A DNA stretch of 64,000 nt from an uncultured bacterium. Lineage in GTDB: Bacteria; Zhuqueibacterota; QNDG01; DTFT01. The notes beneath the pieces are model-generated. The model ran no database searches. It had not been told where the DNA came from and saw nothing but the letters and a program-made list of their open reading frames with translations. Shown piece by piece: positions 57,492 through 64,000 of the stretch (its first letter is position 1; every line of letters starts with the position of its first letter). Both the position numbers and the translations under genes were made by a program. Location of the stretch: assembly GCA_963736115.1 (NCBI GenBank), contig CAVTNR010000010.1, positions 1 through 64,000 of the forward strand, read 5' to 3'.

Positions 57492-58940
57492 TCAAACTGA
57501 TTTACCTGATCTCCTGATCCGCGCCATGATTCTCCCCCACTCCTCCCTCGCCTCCTGCGACACACGCAGCGTCACCCAGAGCAGAACCGGCATCGACAAC
57601 AACCAGACCGCTAGTCTCGTGGTCATCCCACCCGACAGGGAAAGTGCGGCGCGGCCGACTGCGTAGACCGCGGCGAACGCGGCCAGCCGCCGCAGGGGCT
57701 CGAACAGGGCGATGGGAAAGTTCAGCCGCCTCACCAGCGCCAGCGTCGCGCCGAGATACGCCGCGAACGAAAGAAACGTGGACATCGCCGCGCCCGTGAT
57801 CCCGTATAGCGGAATCCACCAGAGGTTGAGGCCGACGTTCACCGCCAGCGCGGTCAAAGTGATGACCGGTATCCAGTGCGGCTTTCTTCTCTGGTAGAAA
57901 ATCGAATCGATGAAAGACCCCATATTGAACAGGATATACCCGAGGCCCACCCAGGAGAGAACGGGAATCGCATCCCGGTACCGGTCCGGCAGAATGGAAC
58001 GGTCGAAGGCCCTGAAAAAAAAGTCCAGAAACAGGAAGGCCGCAAACGAGGCGGTCTGGACATGCAGAAACGTCCGCCGGAAGGATTCCCGCAGTTCCGT
58101 TTCGCCGATGCGGAACAGGTGCGGGAACCAGGCATTGTTCAGGGACGACACCAGGTAGTACAGCACGGAACCGAATTTGTAACCGAACGCGTACACGCCC
58201 ACAGCCGCCAGGCCGCGGAACCGTTCCAGCAGGTACTGGTCCGACTGGAACAGGAGCACGGTCAGCAGGACGTTGGCCGCCAGGGGCAGGCCGAAACGCA
58301 CCATGCGGCCGCAGGCGGCCCGGTCGAACCGCCCGGTCAGGGCCGGCACCCAGGCGAAAGCGGTGAGGACCAGGTAGAGGCCGCCGCTCAGGGCGAATGA
58401 AACAAGAAAGGCTTCCACGCCCCAGCCGCGCCGGGTCAGGAGAAACCAGTTGCAGGCGAAGAAGAATATCATTTTCAGACTGGCCGCTGCCGCGAATGAT
58501 CGCGCCATGCCGCGGCTTCGGAGCAGGGTGCCTGCGAGATGGCAGACGCATTCCAGCGCGGTCACACCGAGCAGCCAGGGGAGGATGCCGGCGTACGCAG
58601 TGTCTCTGAACAAGGCGGCGGTCACCGGGCCCCGGAAAGCCAGGGACACCGCGGACACAGCCAGGGCCGCGACGGATGTGGCTGTCAGAGCCGTGAAGAA
58701 GAGGGATTTCTGTTCGCCAAGGGCGGCACTTGAGGCATCGCGGAGCAGGGCCTGGTCCGTTCCGATCAGAAAGAAGACCATGCCGATGCCGAGGAAGAAC
58801 TGGAACAGGCTGATGAACCCGAATTCCGAAACACTCAGGCTGGACACGTACAGGGGGATCACGGCCAATGACATCAGCCGCTGAATCACAGTGGCGGTTC
58901 CGTATAAAAAGGTGTCCTTGAAGAGTGTGGTCAGACGCAT
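57492..58940 (-). CDS. Oligosaccharide flippase (Wzx/MOP family)
   Basis: KDTFLYG..., PLY...LS.SEFG, RFGLP, VGVYAFGYK, N.GLN..WIP.YG..GAA; many TM helices. Confidence 0.88.
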   Translation of the reverse strand: MRLTTLFKDTFLYGTATVIQRLMSLAVIPLYVSSLSVSEFGFISLFQFFLGIGMVFFLIGTDQALLRDASSAALGEQKSLFFTALTATSVAALAVSAVSLAFRGPVTAALFRDTAYAGILPWLLGVTALECVCHLAGTLLRSRGMARSFAAAASLKMIFFFACNWFLLTRRGWGVEAFLVSFALSGGLYLVLTAFAWVPALTGRFDRAACGRMVRFGLPLAANVLLTVLLFQSDQYLLERFRGLAAVGVYAFGYKFGSVLYYLVSSLNNAWFPHLFRIGETELRESFRRTFLHVQTASFAAFLFLDFFFRAFDRSILPDRYRDAIPVLSWVGLGYILFNMGSFIDSIFYQRRKPHWIPVITLTALAVNVGLNLWWIPLYGITGAAMSTFLSFAAYLGATLALVRRLNFPIALFEPLRRLAAFAAVYAVGRAALSLSGGMTTRLAVWLLSMPVLLWVTLRVSQEAREEWGRIMARIRRSGKSV

Positions 58941-59044
58941 GGCCGAACCGCCTGTCCGACCATGCTTGCGGTAATGCCACGCCGCCGCGCCTTCGACCTG
59001 GAAAGGATCATTTCAGAGACTTCCGAAAAATTGACGGATCCCCG

Positions 59045-59067
59045 GTAGCCGCGAGCTTTAGCTCGCG
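59045..59067 (+). repeat. GTAG-family REP
   Basis: GTAGCCGCGAGCTTTAGCTCGCG. Confidence 0.65.
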
Positions 59068-59133
59068 CTAAATCGAATTTTTTCGAGACGGGAGATGCCT
59101 GGAATCGCCAATTCCCCTGATTTTTCAGAAGTT

Positions 59134-60111
59134 TCATTTCATCAGGATCATTCGAGTGGTCGCCTGAACCGCGCCCTGGCGGAGGCGGGCCAGGTAAACT
59201 CCGCCTGCCAGGCATTCGCCGTTAAAAGGGATGCAATACTCACCCCCCGCAAGATCCGCATCGACCAGAACCGCGGCCCGCCGGCCCATCATGTCGAAAA
59301 CCTCCACACAGGCACGCCCGCTTTGGGGAACCGAGAATACGACCGTGGTCCCGGGATTGAACGGATTGGGGTAATTGCGCAGGAGCGAATACCGGACCGG
59401 ACAGGCGGGCGCGTCCCCGACCCCGCTGCTCCCGGCTTCGAGTGCGATGGTCTCGCCGTTTCTGAGAACAAGCCTGTTCGGAGCCGTGAAGCGGGCGAGT
59501 GTCGCTACATTGCCCGTGTCCGGAGGCGGCATGGAATGAATCGGAATCGCGACTCTTGGCCGGATCAGATCGACCGCCTCGACCGCTGCCTCGGGGGTCA
59601 TGTTGTAGATGCCGTCAATCGGGAGCATCGCGACTGTGATGTCCCTGGCCGCGAGATCCGCCATTTCCGTGATCTTTCCCGTGTCTCCGGCGTGGTAGAT
59701 GCGGATGCCGTTGAATTCGACGACGTAACCGACGCACGCGGTTTTCGAATGATTGGCATTGTACGCGGGAACCGCGTCCACGCGGATGTCCCCGGCCTCA
59801 AAGCTCTGGTACGCGCCGTCCTTGATGGCCTGGGCGCTGGAAACCGTGAGGCATCCGGTTTTCTTCTTCACCAGATTGACGGCATTGTGGTCTCCGTGCA
59901 GGTGCGTAACGAGCAGGACGTCTGCTGAATCCGCGTAGTCGGCCGATGTGCCGGCGAACGGGTCGATGTAAATCGTTTTTCCGGCGGCCGTTACGATCTT
60001 CACGCTGGAGTGGCCGATAAAGGTCAGGGAGTCGGCGGGCCCGTCCGCGAAGACGGCCGCGCTGAACAAAAAAACGGCCGGGAAAAAGAACGCATTCCTG
60101 AACTCTTTCAT
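59134..60111 (-). CDS. Secreted MBL-fold metallo-hydrolase with C-terminal Ig/sorting domain
   Basis: GHSS, YIDPF, THLHGDH, YHAGDT, IPIH, NYPNPFN. Confidence 0.9.
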   Translation of the reverse strand: MKEFRNAFFFPAVFLFSAAVFADGPADSLTFIGHSSVKIVTAAGKTIYIDPFAGTSADYADSADVLLVTHLHGDHNAVNLVKKKTGCLTVSSAQAIKDGAYQSFEAGDIRVDAVPAYNANHSKTACVGYVVEFNGIRIYHAGDTGKITEMADLAARDITVAMLPIDGIYNMTPEAAVEAVDLIRPRVAIPIHSMPPPDTGNVATLARFTAPNRLVLRNGETIALEAGSSGVGDAPACPVRYSLLRNYPNPFNPGTTVVFSVPQSGRACVEVFDMMGRRAAVLVDADLAGGEYCIPFNGECLAGGVYLARLRQGAVQATTRMILMK

Positions 60112-60178
60112 GGATCCTGTCCTCCTGTCGATCATTGAAACAAACCTGTTCGCGAGCCGGAGCCGCTGCAGTCCGCTT

Positions 60179-60460
60179 TCAGGACCGACGTGCGGACCGG
60201 CGCTTGATATGCTCCCCGGCCCAGATGCCGAGACAGCCCGTGACGATGTCCGCCCAGGTGTCGAAGCGCGTCCACCACTTCCAGGGACTGGCCAGGGACC
60301 AGTCCGCGGTCTCCCAGACCTCGATGGCCAGCACGAGAATCACCGCCCATTGCCAGCGTATGCCGCTCCACCGGCACAGGACGACGAAAATCAGGAAATG
60401 CATGATCCACGAAATCCAGTGCGTGTACAGCAGGGCGTGCAGCAGGGGATGCGGTTCCAT
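60179..60460 (-). CDS. Small membrane protein
   Basis: Trp-rich hydrophobic ORF with EVWE and DTWADI motifs; start could be 60511. Confidence 0.55.
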   Translation of the reverse strand: MEPHPLLHALLYTHWISWIMHFLIFVVLCRWSGIRWQWAVILVLAIEVWETADWSLASPWKWWTRFDTWADIVTGCLGIWAGEHIKRRSARRS

Positions 60461-60510
60461 TCGCGCTCCGAGTCCGGGATGATGTGAATACCCCCTCAAT
60501 ATATAGTCCA

Positions 60511-60726
60511 AAGTTCATAGTTCAAAGTTCAAAGTTGTAGGTCCGATATGCCGGCATCCTTTCGCCGGGTATCGGACATCCAAACGTAAATGTCCGAAAG
60601 CCTCGCCTCCCGCTGCGCGGGACCAAGCAACAGATTATTTGTATTGAAGGCTTCGCGGCCAGGGCATTTCGGACCTACAACTTGGCAAATCCACTCGTTT
60701 AATTATGAACCATGAACTATGAACTT
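60511..60726. repeat. Heptamer-arm element copy 6 enclosing a GTAG REP doublet (60537-60678) and a mini-element (60609-60650)
   Basis: Nested inverted repeats read directly from the sequence. Confidence 0.85.
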
Positions 60727-61640
60727 TGATCTTTTTTACTCTCCCGCCCCCCTCCCCTGGAATATTCCCGGAACCGGATCGGTGACAGGCCCGTGCGTTT
60801 CTTGAAGAACTTCGAGAAATAAAACTGAGATTCGAAACCGGTCAGCAGAGCGATTTCCTTGGCCGTGAACGATGTGCCGGTCAACAGGTCACGCGCCTTG
60901 TTGAGTTTCAATTGAAGAAAGTACTGCGCGGGCGCGAGGCCCGTGTAGTGCCGGAAGAGACGCCGGAACCGGGAATACCCGACGCCCAGCTCGTACGCCA
61001 GTTCCTCGAACCGGACCGGGGAGCCGATGCGGTCGGTCATGAAGGCCTTGGCCTTCTGTACGAGGGATTCAGCCTCCTCCCCCTGGAACCGTTTTGATTT
61101 CTCGATCGCATGGATTCGAGCCAGGATCTGGTAGGCCATCGAAGAGATGATTTCCTTGAATCCGATTTTTTCCGAGTCGATCCGCTCCAGGATGCGCTGG
61201 TACAGGTCGATGATACCCTCGTCCAGGCCGATGTCGAGCACGGCTTTTTCAGCCGACAAGATGCCGTGCCTGAGAAACTGCGCGGGTTGACGGCCGTCGA
61301 AGGAAATCCAGTGCTCTTTCCACCCCGTTTCCGGGTCGGGCATGTACCGGTGCCAGACCCCGGGCAGGAGAAATAGTACCGTCCCCTCCTCCACCTTCCT
61401 GCGGCCGCAGGCCTCGGATTCGAATATGCCTCGGCCGCGCGTGATGTACAGAATCTGGAACTCGGGGAGGATTCGGCCGTGCGGCCAGTCGAACATGTAC
61501 CCGTCCGGATGCCGCGTAGGCGGGTAATGGACATGGGGCGGCAGGTCGGCTGTACCGCTGCCTGTGACGTACAATCCCCACACCTTGTCCGTATCCGCGA
61601 CAGTCAGGTATTTAAAGTTGGAATAATCAGTTCGTATCAT
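60717..61640 (-). CDS. AraC family transcriptional regulator
   Basis: GRILPEFQILYIT.G.G, PGVWHRY.P..TGW.EHW; double HTH GFESQFYFSKFFKKRTG.SP. Confidence 0.95.
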   Translation of the reverse strand: MIRTDYSNFKYLTVADTDKVWGLYVTGSGTADLPPHVHYPPTRHPDGYMFDWPHGRILPEFQILYITRGRGIFESEACGRRKVEEGTVLFLLPGVWHRYMPDPETGWKEHWISFDGRQPAQFLRHGILSAEKAVLDIGLDEGIIDLYQRILERIDSEKIGFKEIISSMAYQILARIHAIEKSKRFQGEEAESLVQKAKAFMTDRIGSPVRFEELAYELGVGYSRFRRLFRHYTGLAPAQYFLQLKLNKARDLLTGTSFTAKEIALLTGFESQFYFSKFFKKRTGLSPIRFREYSRGGGRESKKDQSS

Positions 61641-62029
61641 GTCCGGACTCCAATCAGGATCGTGTCAAAAAGTACAAAAATTTTATCAAAATATCCATTT
61701 ATTTTAAACAATCATTTTCTTAAACTATTATAAACTATGAAATAAAAATGGATCATCCGTATCGGTTTTCCCGGATCCATCACACACATAAATGACAATT
61801 CCGACTGTTCTCTTGAAGGGTCCTAAACTTATAATACAATATTAACTTAAACGCTCACGCGCGCGACGGTTCCCATACTGAGAGACGCGTACCATCAATG
61901 CTGAAAGATCGAATACGCAGATAATGAGATACAGGTCATACGCTTTGAAAGGGGGTGACCTCGCAGACAAATCCGCCGGTCCGTGAAAGGACCGTTCGAC
62001 TAAAACCGAATCGATAACGGAGGTACAAG

Positions 62030-63160
62030 ATGAAGAAAAGAGAATGGCTAGTCTGTCTCGCGCTTTTGGCCGTATCCGTCACGGCCGGCGCCCAGGACTT
62101 TTCAATCACGATCGACGGCCAGAAGGACGCCTGGTACAGCCAGCTGACCGGCCCCGCGAACGGCGCGGTGTACATCCCGGCCGACGCGTATCTGCGCGAC
62201 GTCGGCACCGCACCGGATGACAACGCGGACCTGTCGGCGACAGTCTGGTTTTCGTACGACGAGGAGTACCTCTACTGCTACGCGGAAGTCATGGACGACA
62301 TCGTGGCCGCGACCAATGCCAGCCGTTTCGAAAACGACTGTCTCGAGCTGAAGTTCGACCCGGATCCGGCGGCCGGTGCGGGAACCGCCACGGCCAACAG
62401 CCGCTTCACGGCCAGGGGCGCGGCCGACGCAGAGAACCCGGCCGGCGTGGACAACATCAACGGCTCCGGCCACCTCGAGGACGCCTCGAGCGCAGACTGG
62501 CTCCCGTCCGAGGACGATTACGCCCGCCGCATCACCGCGGACGGCTACGCGGTCGAGTTCCGCATTCCCTTCGAGTTCATCAACGAACCCCAGGACGGAC
62601 GATTCATGGTCGCGCCAGACGTGAACGCGGTTTTCGGCCTGGCGATCAATGTCGGCGACAATGACGCGGCGTCTCGCAACCACATGCTCCAATGGTCGGC
62701 CGGCCACGCGGACGGCGCACACAGCAATGCCGCGCTTCTCGGCTCCGCGACCTTTCTCGGCAATCACATGCTCAAGCTGGAAGCCGTCAGCCCGCGCGAC
62801 CCAACCATCGTCAATGAAAACGCCGATGACTGGTATCTCCTGCCCACCGGCGTCGACGACGCGTCCGTCATCGCGCCCGAGGCGTTCCAGCTGCTCTCGA
62901 ACTACCCGAATCCGTTCAACCCCTCCACGCGCATCCTCTACCGGTCCGACCGCATGGAACCGGTGACGATCGACATTTTCAGCGTGACCGGTGAACGGGT
63001 CCGCCGCCTGCTGGACGGTGCGACTGCCGCTCCGGGCGTTTATGAAGCGGTGTGGAACGGTCGGACCGACCTCGGCGAAACGGCCGTCAGCGGACCGTAC
63101 ATCGTCCGCCTGACCACGCCTTCGTATGCGGCATCCTGCAAGATCACACTGGTGAAATAA
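62030..63160 (+). CDS. Secreted CBM9-like sugar-binding protein with C-terminal Ig/sorting domain
   Basis: ITIDG..D, YDEEYLY...V.DD, DCLELKFD, GY.VEFRIP, NYPNPFN. Confidence 0.85.
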   Translation: MKKREWLVCLALLAVSVTAGAQDFSITIDGQKDAWYSQLTGPANGAVYIPADAYLRDVGTAPDDNADLSATVWFSYDEEYLYCYAEVMDDIVAATNASRFENDCLELKFDPDPAAGAGTATANSRFTARGAADAENPAGVDNINGSGHLEDASSADWLPSEDDYARRITADGYAVEFRIPFEFINEPQDGRFMVAPDVNAVFGLAINVGDNDAASRNHMLQWSAGHADGAHSNAALLGSATFLGNHMLKLEAVSPRDPTIVNENADDWYLLPTGVDDASVIAPEAFQLLSNYPNPFNPSTRILYRSDRMEPVTIDIFSVTGERVRRLLDGATAAPGVYEAVWNGRTDLGETAVSGPYIVRLTTPSYAASCKITLVK

Positions 63161-63250
63161 TCCTCTCCGCTGCCACGGCCGGCCACTCCGGGCTCCGAAG
63201 AGGTATTAGTGAAATAGACTTCCCGGACTCGGGGCCGCAGACCAGGCATC

Positions 63251-63286
63251 AAAAAAGGGACCTCCCGTAAGGGGGGTCCCTTTTTT
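63251..63286. terminator. Bidirectional rho-independent terminator
   Basis: AAAAAAGGGACCTCCC-GTAA-GGGGGGTCCCTTTTTT. Confidence 0.85.
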
Positions 63287-63312
63287 CGATCATTCACAAA
63301 CAATCCGCGAAA

Positions 63313-64000
63313 TTACTTTTTCTTCTTCAGCTCCGCCTTCCGCTTGGCTTCTTTCTTTGCCCGGTATTTGTCGCGCTTAATCTCCATGATCGCGTAAATA
63401 ACCGGCACGACGATAAGCGTGAGGATTGTAGCCACGGTGAGCCCGCCCATGACGGCGCGGGCCATCGGCGCCCAGGTCTCGCCGCTCTCTCCGATGCCCA
63501 ACGCGAGCGGGAGCATGGCGAGAATCGTCGTCAGTGCCGTCATGAGCACCGGCCGCATGCGGGTCAGGCCGGCTTTTTCAATGGCCTCGAACAGCGGCAT
63601 GCCTGAATCGTGGAGCTTGTTCGCGTAATCGACCAGCACGATGCCGTTGTTCACCACGATACCCACGAGCATGACCACGCCGATGAGCACCATAACCGAA
63701 ATCGGCGTCCAGGTCACCAGAAGGCCGAGCGCCACGCCGATGATGGCCATCGGAATCGTAAACATGATGACGAACGGGTCGAGGTACGACTCGAACTGGG
63801 ACGCCATGACCATGTAGCAGAGAATCATGGCGACCAGGAAGGCCAGCCCCAGGTACATGAACGACTTCATCTGCTCTTCGGCCGTGCCGCTGATGTCGAT
63901 GCGGTAATCATTGGGAACCGCCACCTGCTTCAGGGCTTTCTTGACGTCCCGTGAAGCGGCATCCAGGTTCCGGCCGGAGATGTCCACGTTCACGGTGACA
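63313..64000 (-). CDS. RND efflux permease (AcrB family), C-terminal part
   Basis: YMVMASQFES, GIVVNNGIVLVD, RMRPVLMTALTT, APMARAVMGGL. Confidence 0.95.
   Translation of the reverse strand, partial: VTVNVDISGRNLDAASRDVKKALKQVAVPNDYRIDISGTAEEQMKSFMYLGLAFLVAMILCYMVMASQFESYLDPFVIMFTIPMAIIGVALGLLVTWTPISVMVLIGVVMLVGIVVNNGIVLVDYANKLHDSGMPLFEAIEKAGLTRMRPVLMTALTTILAMLPLALGIGESGETWAPMARAVMGGLTVATILTLIVVPVIYAIMEIKRDKYRAKKEAKRKAELKKKK

Noticed and set aside
15105-60650. CRISPR array interpretation of the variable-core units
   Set aside because: Copies are dispersed and in both orientations, cores are only 15-18 nt, and there is no leader or cas gene.
61930-62010. c-di-GMP or other riboswitch in the leader of the CBM9-like gene
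   Set aside because: Two hairpins are present but the consensus motifs do not match.

Overview
A GC-rich (about 60% by eye) chromosomal window from a diderm bacterium. Six proteins end in a (N)YPNPFN/VPNPY Ig-like C-terminal domain and there is a SusD-less TonB-dependent receptor, which suggests an FCB-superphylum lineage such as KSB1 or a Calditrichota relative (inference). It carries housekeeping genes (der, hpt, acyP, YgiQ, tRNA-Ala(GGC), tRNA-Gly(CCC)) and many secreted proteins. It also has a pentaheme cytochrome next to a Cyc2-like cytochrome-porin, and a four-gene envelope operon (LPP20, TPR-SLH, FlgT-like, CsgG-FlgT_C) with no flagellar or curli genes nearby. An accessory region (about 26-43 kb) holds Phd/VapC, AAA_14-DUF4143, AbiEi/AbiEii and AT-rich orphan genes. 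The intergenic DNA holds several nested small repeat families: heptamer-arm inverted elements next to stop codons, IS200/IS605-type MITEs, GTAG REPs and CCCCAGGG palindromes. Most unusual is a 42-45 bp element with fixed ends and a different 15-18 nt core in every copy, inserted in the hairpins of the other repeats. No transposase, integrase, reverse transcriptase, cas gene or CRISPR array is present. Family calls come from motif recognition only, with no database search.
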